In this document: in pieces, positions 1 through 10,505 of the stretch
Numbering within the stretch: position 1 is the first letter of the stretch
Layout of the letters: each line of letters begins with the position of its first letter
Assembly (NCBI GenBank): GCA_035512935.1
Contig: DATKDA010000071.1
Span: 7,042 to 71,041 of the forward strand
Source of the DNA: Pyrinomonadaceae bacterium
GTDB lineage: Bacteria > Acidobacteriota > Blastocatellia > Pyrinomonadales > Pyrinomonadaceae
Reading direction: 5' to 3'
DNA length: 64,000 bases
Notes under the pieces: generated by a model
What the model was told of the DNA's origin: nothing
Database searches by the model: none
Seen by the model: the letters and a program-made list of their open reading frames with translations, nothing else
Position numbers and translations under genes: made by a program

Positions 1-504
1 GCCGTTTTGTTGACAACGATTATGGCAATCATCATGTCGACAGCGATCTCATATCTGCTCGTTCCGGCAACCTCTCTTGTACGCGACGTATACCAGCGCT
101 TTCTTAATCCGCAGGCCAGCGAGCGCAGTCTGGTCTGGTTGCTACGTAGTTTGGTAGTTGGTCTCGGGGGCATCGCTTATATCATCTCAACCTATTCAGA
201 AGAGTTTCTGAGCGTAGCTTTGAAGGCTTATACGATCTATGGAACTGGAGTAACGCCGTCACTTGTTGCGGCACTTATCTGGAAGCGGGCAACGGCGACC
301 GGCGCCGTTTCCTCGATTGTAGCCGGCGTCGCTACAACTCTCATCTGGGAGTTTGGTGGCTTTGCCGCAGCGACTGGAGTCGATCCCGTGATCCCCGCGA
401 TCGCCCTCTCAGTTACAGTATTGATTGTCGTTTCGTTGCTGACTCCGGCGCCTCGCGATGAACAACTCGCTCCATTTTACGGTGAGAGGCTGGGGGGCGA
501 GTGA
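1..504 (+). CDS. sodium:solute symporter (SSS family), C-terminal part; the 5' end lies outside the window
   Basis: The frame is open from base 1. The sequence is multi-TM and hydrophobic, resembling the last helices of SSS transporters (GVTPSLVAALIWKRAT). The TGA stop at 502-504 overlaps the next start (GTGA). Confidence 0.7.
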   Translation, partial: AVLLTTIMAIIMSTAISYLLVPATSLVRDVYQRFLNPQASERSLVWLLRSLVVGLGGIAYIISTYSEEFLSVALKAYTIYGTGVTPSLVAALIWKRATATGAVSSIVAGVATTLIWEFGGFAAATGVDPVIPAIALSVTVLIVVSLLTPAPRDEQLAPFYGERLGGE

Positions 505-2753
505 TCGGCCCGACACGAAATGACAACGGCCAAGGAGACCAATTTGTGATCAAACGACTCAATAACATTTTGACTATCCTGCTTTTGTTGGCGCTCGCGG
601 TTGTTGCGTCCGGCCAGGACAAACTTCTCACTATCGACGATATCTACGATCCCGTTAAGAGAATAGATTTCGGCGGCACGGTACCTACAATTCGCTGGCT
701 CAGCGATGGTACCCATTATCTGATTACGAATAGCGCTACAAATAAGAAAGTACCGCGGATCCAAAAAGTTCAGGCAATAACTGGCGAGGCTCAGCCCTTC
801 TTCGATGCAGGTAAGATGGAGGCGGCCTTTGCGGCACTTCCGGGATTCACTGCCAGGGATGCGAAGCAGTTGGCGAACCGCGGCTCATACCGGATGAACA
901 AGGCCGAGACAGCGGTTCTTCTTAATCACGCGAACGATCTTTTCTATTACGAATTTGGCAGCGAGATAGCTGTGCGACTGACAAACGATCCCCACGAAGA
1001 GGTGGGTGAAACCTTTAGCCCCGACGGGAAGCTGGTGGGCTTCGTTCGTCACAACAACATCTACGTCGTCGACATCGCGGACCAGAAAGAACGGGCGCTG
1101 ACAACCGACGGCGGACCGAAGATCCTAAATGGAAGACTTGACTGGGTCTATCAGGAAGAACTTTACGGTCGCGGCAACTTCGAAGCGTACTGGTGGAGTC
1201 CGGATTCGACGATGCTTGCTTATCTGCGGATCGACGAAACACCCGTCCCCGAGTTCACCGTCGTAGATCACATTCCTTATCGACAGATCGTCGAGATCAC
1301 CCCTTACCCGAAAGCCGGCGATCCCAACCCAACGGTTCAGCTTGGCGCCGTAAACGTCACCGGTGGGCCGACTCGCTGGATGGATACGTACAAATACCAT
1401 CCGAGCGATTTTCTTATTTCGCGCGTGGCCTGGACGCCTGACAGTACGAAGATTGCTTACCAGGCTCAGAATCGCGAACAAACCTTTCTCGATCTCAACT
1501 TCGCCGATACCCGAAACGGCAGAACTACTACTGCCTTTCGGGAAACATCTAAGGCCTGGGTCGAAGTGATTGACAACCCGAAATGGTTAAAAGACGGCTC
1601 ATTTCTCTGGCTCAGCGAGCGCTCCGGCTGGCAGCACATCTACCATTACAGCGCTGACGGAAAACTGATCCGGCAGGTCACCGATGGCGAATGGGAGGTT
1701 CGCTCGCTGGGGGGCATTAACGAGGCGCAGGGAACGATATATCTCACCACCACGGCGCACAGCCATATCGCGCCGCAAACTTATAGCATCGGACTTGATG
1801 GCTCCGGTTTAAGACGTTTGAGCGCGACCGAAGGTTCCCATCGTGTCTCCTTCAGTCCTACGTTCACACACTTCGTTAGCTATTGGAGTGATCTGCATAC
1901 ACCGACGCAGACACGCCTCTATGATTCTCAAGGCAAGGTGATTCGGGTTATCGAAGGGAATAAAGTTGCCGCGCTCGGACAGTACAAACTCGGAAAGGCT
2001 GAATTGTTGCAGGTGAAGACACGTGACGGTTTTGTGATGGAGGCGATGATGATTAGGCCGCCTGATTTCGATCCTAAAAAGAAGTACCCGGTCTTGACGT
2101 TTACCTATGCGGGTCCTCATGCCCCTCAAGTGCGCAATGCCTGGGCAGGACCAACCTATATGTGGCACCAGATGATGGCCCAAAAAGGCTACATCATTTG
2201 GGTTTGTGATAACCGTACGGCGAGCGGAAAGGGCATCGAGTCGACCTGGCCGGTCTACGGAAACTTTGGTGAACTGGAGTTGCGTGATATCGAGGACGGT
2301 CTGAATTGGCTGAAGAGCAACCCCTACGTTGATGCTACGCGTATAGGGATCTGGGGCTGGAGCTATGGCGGGTACATGACGAGCTACGCCATGACACACA
2401 GCAAGAGCTTCAAGGCCGGGATAGCCGGGGGGTCAGTAACGGACTGGAGGGACTACGACACAATCTATACCGAGCGCTACATGAAGACGCCACAGAATAA
2501 TCCGGAAGGTTACCGAAAGAGTTCATCGGTGCATTTTGCTAGCGACCTGCATGGCAAGCTACTCTTAATTCACGGCATGATTGACGACAATGTGCACATG
2601 CAGAACACGATTCAGTTTGCGTATGAGCTACAGAAGGCCGGGAAAGAGTTCCAGTTGATGTTGTACCCGAAGTCACGGCACGGCGTCACGGATCCGCTGT
2701 TGCTGAAACACATGCGCACCCTGATGACAAATTTCATTGTTGAGAATCTATGA
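501..2753 (+). CDS. dipeptidyl-peptidase IV / prolyl oligopeptidase family S9B, secreted
   Basis: 750-aa ORF with an N-terminal signal-like segment (LTILLLLALAVVASG) and a DPPIV beta-propeller region. The C-terminal hydrolase carries the catalytic GWSYGGY serine plus DDNVH and SRHG motifs. An alternative GTG start at 546 is possible. Confidence 0.9.
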   Translation: MIGPTRNDNGQGDQFVIKRLNNILTILLLLALAVVASGQDKLLTIDDIYDPVKRIDFGGTVPTIRWLSDGTHYLITNSATNKKVPRIQKVQAITGEAQPFFDAGKMEAAFAALPGFTARDAKQLANRGSYRMNKAETAVLLNHANDLFYYEFGSEIAVRLTNDPHEEVGETFSPDGKLVGFVRHNNIYVVDIADQKERALTTDGGPKILNGRLDWVYQEELYGRGNFEAYWWSPDSTMLAYLRIDETPVPEFTVVDHIPYRQIVEITPYPKAGDPNPTVQLGAVNVTGGPTRWMDTYKYHPSDFLISRVAWTPDSTKIAYQAQNREQTFLDLNFADTRNGRTTTAFRETSKAWVEVIDNPKWLKDGSFLWLSERSGWQHIYHYSADGKLIRQVTDGEWEVRSLGGINEAQGTIYLTTTAHSHIAPQTYSIGLDGSGLRRLSATEGSHRVSFSPTFTHFVSYWSDLHTPTQTRLYDSQGKVIRVIEGNKVAALGQYKLGKAELLQVKTRDGFVMEAMMIRPPDFDPKKKYPVLTFTYAGPHAPQVRNAWAGPTYMWHQMMAQKGYIIWVCDNRTASGKGIESTWPVYGNFGELELRDIEDGLNWLKSNPYVDATRIGIWGWSYGGYMTSYAMTHSKSFKAGIAGGSVTDWRDYDTIYTERYMKTPQNNPEGYRKSSSVHFASDLHGKLLLIHGMIDDNVHMQNTIQFAYELQKAGKEFQLMLYPKSRHGVTDPLLLKHMRTLMTNFIVENL

Positions 2754-3059
2754 TCGGAGGCCACCTTTTAGTTGCATGAAGGTTAGCCGTCCGGAAAGTG
2801 GACCACAAAAGACCACCAACGTCAGAAGCTGTGAAATAATTAATTACGTTTTTTGGGAGCGGTATCCGTCCTTCGTCCGGTGTGATTTCGTGGATTCTGG
2901 CTTTCGGTTGGTAAGAAATGATCCACTAAATTACGCTAAATTACACGAATGGCAAATCATACAACTTGAGAATTCACGGTCCTTAGATTTTTTCACAGCT
3001 ACGGCAGTTGGTGGTCCTTCTGTAGGCCAGGTCGAACAATCCACCAAATGCCCCACTTC

Positions 3060-3890
3060 TCAGCGTCGCTGGCAGCGTGGGCAGAAGTACGTAGATCGCC
3101 CGCCTTGCACAACCCTTCGAATCCTGGCGCCACAATTGACGCAGGGCTCTGACTCTCGCTCATAGACACGCCAGAAGCGCTCGACACTGCCAAAGTAGTT
3201 CCCCTCACCATCTTCAAGATCGACTCTTAAGGTCGAGCCATTGTCGATCGCTTCGTTCAGTACCTCGCGAATCGCCCGATGCAATCGCACGGCCCGCTTC
3301 CGTGAGAGCGAACTCGCTCTGGCGAATGGACTAACCCGTGCCAGGAAGAGCGCCTCGGCCGCATAGATATTGCCCAGACCCAGAACCTTCTTCTGGTCCA
3401 GCAGGAGTGTCTTCAAAGATCGTTGCGAACGAAGCAGTATCTGCCGCAAGTAATCCTCGCTGAAGTCCACCGCAAACGGTTCGGGCGCGAGACTCTTGAG
3501 CTCACGACTCTCAGCGATTTTGGCGGCTGGGATTACTTTCAACCGCCCGAATTTTCGCATGTCGCAGAATACCAGACGGCGGTCGTCGTCTAAATAAAGG
3601 ACCAGATGCGCGTACGGGGGAAGCTGCTGGTCCGCCGAAAGAGTAACAAACTTTCCCGTCATCCGAAGGTGCGCCAGGAGAATCCGGTCAGTATCCAAGT
3701 TGAAGAGGATGTATTTGCCACGGCGAGTCACCCCGTCAATGCGGCAGTTGCGAAGCTGACGACTGAATGCAGAACTCGAAGCGCCACCGGCAATCGATCG
3801 CTGCTTCAGTTCAATCTCAATAACGCGGCGACCTGCGACCGCGAAGTGCAGAGCGCGCACCACATGTTCGACTTCGGGAAGTTCAGGCAT
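3060..3890 (-). CDS. mutM: formamidopyrimidine-DNA glycosylase
   Basis: N-terminal MPELPEVE, an H2TH region, and a C-terminal zinc finger CVNCGARIRRVVQGGRSTYFCPRCQ. Confidence 0.92.
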   Translation of the reverse strand: MPELPEVEHVVRALHFAVAGRRVIEIELKQRSIAGGASSSAFSRQLRNCRIDGVTRRGKYILFNLDTDRILLAHLRMTGKFVTLSADQQLPPYAHLVLYLDDDRRLVFCDMRKFGRLKVIPAAKIAESRELKSLAPEPFAVDFSEDYLRQILLRSQRSLKTLLLDQKKVLGLGNIYAAEALFLARVSPFARASSLSRKRAVRLHRAIREVLNEAIDNGSTLRVDLEDGEGNYFGSVERFWRVYERESEPCVNCGARIRRVVQGGRSTYFCPRCQRR

Positions 3891-3905
3891 ATAGACAGTT
3901 GGCTC

Positions 3906-5330
3906 TCAGGCTGCTGACGAGACCAGTTCTTCCGCGGCCGAGAGCAAGGCGTTCGTCTTTTCCAGAGAGGTGGCTTCGGCATAAATGCGGAAGACCGGCT
4001 CGGTGCCTGACTGCCGGAAGAGCAGCCATGATTCATCTTCGAGAATCAATTTTATTCCATCAAGTGGTTTGACTGTAGCGATGGGATAACCCGCAATGTG
4101 GCTGGGAGGATCCGCGTTCAGACGGGCTATTAGTCTTTGACCTTGCTTGACTTCGACGTGCAAATCGCCTCGACCAAAGTAAAACTCACCGAACTCGCGA
4201 TGCAAGTCACTCAGCATTTCAGATGGAGTCTTTCCTGCTGTGACTATAGTTTCGAGGAACAGCAGCGAATTGAGAATGCCGTCGCGCTCCGGGATATGGC
4301 CCTTAACGCCGATTCCGCCGGACTCCTCAGCTCCGATCAGGACGTCCTCCTTCAGCATCAAGTCAGCGACGTACTTGAAACCGATGGGGGTTTCGTAGAA
4401 TGGAAGGTGATGCGCCGACGCAATCCTTCTGAGTAGCACGGATTGAGAAAACGTGCCTACAACACTTCCCGTCATCCCGCGAACGCGCACAAGATGAAGA
4501 AGAATGAGAGGTACGACGTCGTGCATCGTCATCGTCATGCCCCGCTCATTCACCGCGCCAACTCGATCGGCATCGCCGTCTGTGGCCACGCCAACCAACG
4601 CATCTCCTTCGACAACCCTTTGTTTCAGCGCGCCCAGATTCCTATCGATAGGCTCAGGATTGACGCCCCCAAAGAGAGGATCTCTCGTGGCGCGGATGGA
4701 CTCGACCTGCAGCTCTTCTCCCGAGAGGAAATGCTCGATCCACCTTCCGCCTGATCCATGCATCGAATCGACTACGACCTTTTTCCTGGAATGTCTTAGC
4801 CTATCGAGATCGATAAAGGAGCGGACTTGATTTCGATAGGTTCCGATTGCCGTCGCAAGCATCTCGTTCTCATTTGAATGGATTCCAACGCGTCTGGGAG
4901 GGTTCTTATCGACAAGTCTTTCCACGGCTGAGGTCGTCTCAGGAGCTGCGCTCCCACCCCACGGTGCTTTGATTTTGAAACCGTTAAATTCCGCAGGGTT
5001 ATGCGACGCGGTAATTACCACGCCTCCGGCGGCGCCGAGGTCTTTAACAGCCCACGAAATGACGGGAGTGGGTTGGGGGCCGTCGAAAATTGCAATACGA
5101 TTGCCATTGGCAACAAGCACTTCGGCAGCGCGCTGCGCAAAACGCTCGGAGAGAAAGCGGCAATCATAGCCGACAATCACAAGCTGAGAGGCAGAGGACT
5201 CGGATCGGTTTGCTGCCAGGTGGTCCGCGAAGGCTTGGGCCACTCGCTCGAGGTTTGCAAACGTAAACTCTTCAGCGATCACCGCGCGCCAGCCATCAGT
5301 CCCAAAACGGATCGGTGGTTGGGCGTTCAC
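3906..5330 (-). CDS. phosphoglucomutase/phosphomannomutase family protein
   Basis: Carries the active-site TASHNPAEFNGFK and the metal loop ATDGDADR. I placed the start at GTG 5330-5328, which overlaps the upstream TGA (GTGA). The longer 540-aa ORF has a non-homologous Arg-rich N-terminus and would overlap the upstream gene by 200 nt. Confidence 0.88.
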   Translation of the reverse strand: MNAQPPIRFGTDGWRAVIAEEFTFANLERVAQAFADHLAANRSESSASQLVIVGYDCRFLSERFAQRAAEVLVANGNRIAIFDGPQPTPVISWAVKDLGAAGGVVITASHNPAEFNGFKIKAPWGGSAAPETTSAVERLVDKNPPRRVGIHSNENEMLATAIGTYRNQVRSFIDLDRLRHSRKKVVVDSMHGSGGRWIEHFLSGEELQVESIRATRDPLFGGVNPEPIDRNLGALKQRVVEGDALVGVATDGDADRVGAVNERGMTMTMHDVVPLILLHLVRVRGMTGSVVGTFSQSVLLRRIASAHHLPFYETPIGFKYVADLMLKEDVLIGAEESGGIGVKGHIPERDGILNSLLFLETIVTAGKTPSEMLSDLHREFGEFYFGRGDLHVEVKQGQRLIARLNADPPSHIAGYPIATVKPLDGIKLILEDESWLLFRQSGTEPVFRIYAEATSLEKTNALLSAAEELVSSAA

Positions 5331-6376
5331 TGCCGGGGCGCCCCTGTGATCGTGTAATCGGTCAGAGATGTCTTGTCGCCAAGCACGGCGCCCGGCCCGG
5401 CGACGGCAGAACGGCCAATATGGCAACCCCTGCCGACAATGGAGTCGATCACCTGAGCAGCGGCGCCAACTCGAACATGGGGCCAAAGCACCGAGTTCTC
5501 GACGTGGGCACGCTCCTCTACGAAGCACGCTGGTCCAAGCACCGAATTGATGATTCGGGCGCCTGGCTTAATCAGGCAATCATCGCCGATCATCGAGAGG
5601 TCATCTATCTCAGAGACCGTTGCTGCGTCAAAACTACCGCGCCGCTCTTTTAGGTGAATTCGGCCGACTCGGTTGCCTATAAGATCCTGATGGGCCTGTA
5701 AGTAGCGCTCCGGGGTACCTATATCAATCCAGTAAGTTCGAGGTGGAACATGCGCGAAGAACCGTTCTTTGCGATTCAGCAAGTCGGGAAACAGCGCGTA
5801 TTCGAATGAGTAGTTTTCCCCGGCCGGAATAAGATCAAGCACCTTTGGTTCAAGAATATATGTTCCTGCGTTAATGGTATTAACGGTGATCTCGTTCTCT
5901 TTGGGTTTTTCAAGAAAGCGACGAATGGCTCCATCGCTTTCGGTCTCGACCAAGCCGTAGGCACTCGGATTGTTTACCGGCGTAAGAACGATCGTCGCCG
6001 CTGCCTCGCGGTCGTTGTGTTCGCGAATTACAGCCTTAAGATCCAGATCGGTAAGGATATCGCCGTTGAAGACTACGGTTCGTTCACGAATAAGTTCTTC
6101 TGCAAACTTGAATGCCCCGGCCGTGCCCATCGGTTGCGGCTCGACAGTGTATTTCAGTTTTACTCCCAAATCGGAACCATCGCCCAGGATTTGTTCGATC
6201 TTATTAGGCTGGTAAGAAAGCGATAGCGTGATGTTGGTAATTCCGGCGCGCCGCAACGTGTCTATTTGATAGAGCAAAAAAGGTCGATTGCAGATGGGAA
6301 CGATCGGCTTTGGCGTGTAGACTGTTAGAGGTCGAAGCCGCGTGCCCTTCCCGCCGGCGAGAATCAATGCCTGCAT
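5327..6376 (-). CDS. sugar-1-phosphate nucleotidyltransferase (mannose-1-P guanylyltransferase-like) with a C-terminal left-handed beta-helix
   Basis: N-terminal LILAGGKGTRLRPLT pyrophosphorylase signature. The C-terminus has hexapeptide-repeat character. Confidence 0.85.
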   Translation of the reverse strand: MQALILAGGKGTRLRPLTVYTPKPIVPICNRPFLLYQIDTLRRAGITNITLSLSYQPNKIEQILGDGSDLGVKLKYTVEPQPMGTAGAFKFAEELIRERTVVFNGDILTDLDLKAVIREHNDREAAATIVLTPVNNPSAYGLVETESDGAIRRFLEKPKENEITVNTINAGTYILEPKVLDLIPAGENYSFEYALFPDLLNRKERFFAHVPPRTYWIDIGTPERYLQAHQDLIGNRVGRIHLKERRGSFDAATVSEIDDLSMIGDDCLIKPGARIINSVLGPACFVEERAHVENSVLWPHVRVGAAAQVIDSIVGRGCHIGRSAVAGPGAVLGDKTSLTDYTITGAPRQ

Positions 6377-6557
6377 TTTGTTTGCCGAGTTGCTTTCTGA
6401 AGTGTAATAGCGGAAGAAAGTCTAACACCCGGGTGCAAACGTTTTCAATCACCTGCTTGACACCCCTTCCAGTAAATAGTACATGGTTAGAGGTTGATCG
6501 ATCGATAACCGACAGATTAATCCGCACTGCGATGTGCGATAAATGTAAGAGGTCATC

Positions 6558-7745
6558 ATGTCCAATACTAAAGAAGCAGTGATCATTAGTGCAGTGCGAA
6601 CGCCGGTTGGAAAGTTCCAGGGAACATTGAAGGGTTTTTCAGCACCGGATCTTGGCGCCCTGGTAGTACGCGAAAGTGTGAAGCGCGCGGGCGTCAATGC
6701 CGATGATGTAGATGAAGTCATCATGGGTTGTGTGATTCAGGCTGGACTGGGCCAGAATCCGGCACGACAAGCTGCTCTAAAAGGCGGCTTGCCTCCCAAG
6801 GTTTCAGCGGTAACCATCAATAAGGTGTGTGGCTCTGGTCTAAAAGCTGTGATGCTGGCGGTCCAGGGAGTGCAACTCGGTGATGTCGAACTTGTAGTTG
6901 CCGGCGGCATGGAGTCGATGTCTAACGCGCCCTACCTGCTTACCAAGGCGCGCGAGGGATATCGACTCGGTAATGGTGTCCTGGTTGACTCGATGATCAA
7001 TGACGGTTTGTGGTGCGCCTTTGAAGACTATCACATGGGCTGTACGGGTGAGGTAGTAGCTGAGAAGTACGGAGTATCCCGCGCCGAGCAGGACGAGTAT
7101 GCTTTGAATTCCCATCGTAAGGCTGTAGCCGCAATTAAGGCCGGCAGATTTAAGGATGAAATCGTTCCTGTTGAGATCCCTCAAAAGAAGGGCGGGCCGG
7201 TGATGTTTGAGGTTGACGAGACGGTGCGCGAAGACACTTCGATCGAGGCGCTCGGGAGACTTAAGCCGGCATTCAAAACCGACGGTACAGTGACCGCAGG
7301 AAACGCCCCTGGTGTAAACGACGGCGCTTCAGCATTGGTAGTTACGTCTCTGGAACGCGCTCGCGGGCTTGGCGTTGAACCACTGGCACGGATTGCCGCT
7401 CAAGCGACTTCAGGAATCGAACCGTCGCTCGTGATGATGGCTCCGGTTGAAGCCATTCAACGCGTGCTGGACAAAGCAGGCTGGTCGCTTGCTGAAGTCG
7501 ATTTGATTGAATTGAACGAAGCCTTCTCTGTGCAAGCGGTCGCTATCATGAGAGAGTTAAAGCTCGACCCCGATCGTATAAACGTCAATGGTGGCGCCGT
7601 AGCACTGGGCCATGCTATCGGGCAATCGGGATCACGCCTACTGACAACAATGCTTTACGAGCTCAAACGCCGCAACGCGCATCGTGGCGTGGTAGCGCTT
7701 TGCCTTGGCGGTGGGAACGCTGTCGCCCTTGCAATTGAACGATAA
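6558..7745 (+). CDS. acetyl-CoA C-acetyltransferase (thiolase II)
   Basis: Active-site [11 protein letters not shown], plus the [13 protein letters not shown] and C-terminal [10 protein letters not shown] motifs. Confidence 0.93.
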   Translation: MSNTKEAVIISAVRTPVGKFQGTLKGFSAPDLGALVVRESVKRAGVNADDVDEVIMGCVIQAGLGQNPARQAALKGGLPPKVSAVTINKVCGSGLKAVMLAVQGVQLGDVELVVAGGMESMSNAPYLLTKAREGYRLGNGVLVDSMINDGLWCAFEDYHMGCTGEVVAEKYGVSRAEQDEYALNSHRKAVAAIKAGRFKDEIVPVEIPQKKGGPVMFEVDETVREDTSIEALGRLKPAFKTDGTVTAGNAPGVNDGASALVVTSLERARGLGVEPLARIAAQATSGIEPSLVMMAPVEAIQRVLDKAGWSLAEVDLIELNEAFSVQAVAIMRELKLDPDRINVNGGAVALGHAIGQSGSRLLTTMLYELKRRNAHRGVVALCLGGGNAVALAIER

Positions 7746-7769
7746 CGCCGGACAGGATTAACAGAGGAA

Positions 7770-8621
7770 ATGACCCCCACTGAAACCATCGGCATCGTTG
7801 GCGCAGGCACCATGGGCAACGGAATTGCCCAGGTCTTTGCGCGCGCGGGCTACAACGTAATCATGCGTGATGTTGCGGAGGAGTTTTTAGAACGGGGACT
7901 CCGAACTATCGACAAAAGTCTGCAGCGTGATGTTGATAAGGAACGCCTAAAGGAAGACGAGAAGCGGGCAATCATCGGAAGAGTCAAGACTACCACCGAC
8001 CTTGGCGCCATGAGCGAAGCGTTCGCTGTAATTGAAGCGGTGACCGAGGATCTCACAGTCAAGACCGACGTATTTCAATCACTCGACAAGATCACGCGCC
8101 CTGAGGCCATTCTTGCATCGAACACATCTTCAATCTCAATTACGAAACTTGGTTCGGCGACAAGGCGGCCCGACAGAGTTATAGGGATGCACTTTATGAA
8201 TCCCGTTCCTGTGATGAAGTTGGTTGAAGTGATTCGCGGGATAGCCACCTCAGATCAGACTTACGAGAACATACGTCAGCTCACAGAGAAGGTAGGGAAG
8301 ACACCGCTTGATTGTCAGGACTCACCCGGATTTGTCTCGAATCGCGTATTAATGCCGATGATCAACGAAGCGATCTTTGCCCTTTACGAAGGAGTCGCCT
8401 CGCGCGAAAGTATTGATGGGATAATGAAGCTTGGAATGAACCATCCCATGGGACCGTTAGCGCTGGCGGATTTCATTGGACTTGATGTTTGCCTTGCGAT
8501 TATGAACGTGTTACACGACGGGCTGGGTGATCCGAAATACCGCCCCTGTCCTTTGTTGAAGCGATATGTAGACGCCGGCTGGTTAGGGCGAAAAAGCGGC
8601 CGGGGATTCTATGAATACTGA
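7770..8621 (+). CDS. hbd: 3-hydroxybutyryl-CoA dehydrogenase
   Basis: Rossmann motif [12 protein letters not shown] and the 3HCDH signature region SNTSSISIT ... [13 protein letters not shown]. Confidence 0.92.
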   Translation: MTPTETIGIVGAGTMGNGIAQVFARAGYNVIMRDVAEEFLERGLRTIDKSLQRDVDKERLKEDEKRAIIGRVKTTTDLGAMSEAFAVIEAVTEDLTVKTDVFQSLDKITRPEAILASNTSSISITKLGSATRRPDRVIGMHFMNPVPVMKLVEVIRGIATSDQTYENIRQLTEKVGKTPLDCQDSPGFVSNRVLMPMINEAIFALYEGVASRESIDGIMKLGMNHPMGPLALADFIGLDVCLAIMNVLHDGLGDPKYRPCPLLKRYVDAGWLGRKSGRGFYEY

Positions 8622-8648
8622 AACGAATCTGATTCACCCGAACATCAA

Positions 8649-9878
8649 ATGTCATCTGTAGCCCATTATTGTCAGAAGTGCCTCGCCGCAAATCCCCTGG
8701 GCCAGGACTTCTGTGCTCGGTGCGGAACGCGGTTAATGATCGTCGTTGAGCCTCCAGCTTCCAGGTATGAGACCTCCGAAGCGAGCGCCTCGACCGAGGA
8801 GCACCTGCTCGAACGAGTTTCGGCGCTCGAAAACCGGTTGACACGCTTAACCGAGCGCCTGGAACGCGGACTTGATCTGTTACTTCGTCAGGCTCAGAAT
8901 TCCTACTTTGATCGCGCTCTGGTAAAGGCGCTCATCGCGCTCTTAAGCGAAGACGGACTTGTCGAGAGCGATCGGCTTGAACGCCTTTGGAATGATCGGT
9001 GCCAGAAGGACGCGGAAGAGCAGGAGGAGAGTACTCGACGTGAGGAACTCCGAATGAAGGTGCTTTCAGGTTATGCAGGTCCGCAGCGCCGCGATTTTGA
9101 GCAACTTATCAACGAGGGCTTCCTTCTGATCGAGGATCGGCAGGTGGCGCGGGCAATTCGAGCTTTGCAGAGGGCTGCCGAGATCGCCAGCGACAATGTG
9201 CTCCTGCTGGCTTTTGTCGGCGAGCAGTTTTTCCGCGCAGGCAAAACCAAACTGGCCCGTCACTATCTCGGACGGGCCCACGAACTTACGCCTGGCGACG
9301 TGCGGGTGTCGTTGCTGCTCGGGTTGACGTGTGCCGATGAGGGCGATGCTCAGCAGGCTAAGAAATTGTTGAACAATGCGACCCGCCAAGGGGGAGCATC
9401 ATTTGCGGCTCACTACGGATTGGGTCGGCTCTTTGTTGCTGAACAGAACTGGCAAAAAGCCCTCAAAGAATTCAAACGAGCACTCGCCATACGTCCTTCG
9501 CCTGAGGCCCATTACACCTTGGGCTGCCTCTATTACCAGCTTTGCCGGGATGTGCTGGCAGCACGTCACCTACGGAAAGCAATCGAGATGGACGAGAGCT
9601 ATGGGGAGGCGTTTTATCTGCTCGGGCTCATTCTGGAGCGGGCTGGGCTGGAGCAACAGGCCCGGGACGCGTTTGGGAAGGCCAAGATCAGCAGTTTGAC
9701 GCTAAGAAAGGGTTCTTCGAAGCGCCGGATCAATTCCGACAACTCTCCCTCGGCGCCACTATTTCAGGGTTCTAAGGCAGATTTACACAAGTTGGTGACG
9801 GGCGGCGACAGGCGCCTGGCTGAGGCTCTTAAGCAGGACGCTCTAACGTGGCATGAGCAGTTTGGTCGTGAAGGGTGA
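8649..9878 (+). CDS. zinc-ribbon / coiled-coil / TPR repeat protein
   Basis: N-terminal CQKC...CARCG double Cys pair, then a heptad-rich segment and several TPR-like repeats (AHYGLGRLF, AHYTLGCLYY, AFYLLGLIL). Confidence 0.7.
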   Translation: MSSVAHYCQKCLAANPLGQDFCARCGTRLMIVVEPPASRYETSEASASTEEHLLERVSALENRLTRLTERLERGLDLLLRQAQNSYFDRALVKALIALLSEDGLVESDRLERLWNDRCQKDAEEQEESTRREELRMKVLSGYAGPQRRDFEQLINEGFLLIEDRQVARAIRALQRAAEIASDNVLLLAFVGEQFFRAGKTKLARHYLGRAHELTPGDVRVSLLLGLTCADEGDAQQAKKLLNNATRQGGASFAAHYGLGRLFVAEQNWQKALKEFKRALAIRPSPEAHYTLGCLYYQLCRDVLAARHLRKAIEMDESYGEAFYLLGLILERAGLEQQARDAFGKAKISSLTLRKGSSKRRINSDNSPSAPLFQGSKADLHKLVTGGDRRLAEALKQDALTWHEQFGREG

Positions 9879-9906
9879 GGGGATTCGGACCTTCTCGCGC
9901 CTCGCA

Positions 9907-9934
9907 TTGACAGTCTAAGAGTCGCCGCTATAAT
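9907..9934 (+). promoter_or_regulatory. sigma70-type promoter for the yceD-rpmF-plsX-fab operon
   Basis: TTGACA (9907-9912), a 16-nt spacer, then TATAAT (9929-9934), 56 nt upstream of the yceD ATG. This is a sequence match only. Confidence 0.5.
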
Positions 9935-9989
9935 GAAGCCTTTTGTGCACTTACTCCCAAAATGCACTACTGTTTACAGGTAGAGTGCA

Positions 9990-10505
9990 ATGCGGATCGA
10001 GCTTGCAAGCCTGGAGGGAACAGATGGTCGGTTTGCCCATCGATATGAGCCGGGTGAACTTGTTCCAGGCGACGAAAGAATAAGGCTGAGCGAGCCTCCG
10101 GCGATTTCCGGGCGCATCCGCAAGGCCGATCGCAAAGTTAAACTGGAAGGCCGAGTAATCGCACGAGCGCAGCTCGAATGTGACCGGTGCTTAAAACTGA
10201 TTGATGTTCCGGTCGATGCACACTTTAAGGTCGAATACGTTACGACGGAGCAATACCTGGCCAGTCAAGTTGCCGAACTTGCGGAAGAGGATATGCAACT
10301 CTCCGTGTTTGATGGCGAGGCCATCGACATTGATGAACTTGTGAACGAGCAGTTGCTGCTCGCAGTGCCTACCAGGGCCATTTGTGAGAATAGCTGCAAG
10401 GGTTTGTGTCCGGTCTGCGGCGCTAACAGAAATGCCGCCGATTGTGGTTGTGAGAGTAATGACACCGATCCTCGCTGGGCGGGATTGAAGGACTTGAGAT
10501 TTTAG
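9990..10505 (+). CDS. yceD: YceD/DUF177 family protein (23S rRNA accumulation / ribosomal-operon associated)
   Basis: Classical position directly upstream of rpmF-plsX. Carries CDRC ... CKGLCPVCGANRN cysteine motifs and an acidic tail. Confidence 0.85.
   Translation: MRIELASLEGTDGRFAHRYEPGELVPGDERIRLSEPPAISGRIRKADRKVKLEGRVIARAQLECDRCLKLIDVPVDAHFKVEYVTTEQYLASQVAELAEEDMQLSVFDGEAIDIDELVNEQLLLAVPTRAICENSCKGLCPVCGANRNAADCGCESNDTDPRWAGLKDLRF

Noticed and set aside
2737-3165. 142-aa plus-strand ORF spanning the DPP-IV / mutM spacer
   Set aside because: It overlaps the ends of both flanking genes. It has no signal, motif or RBS, and its composition is heterogeneous. The spacer is more likely non-coding.
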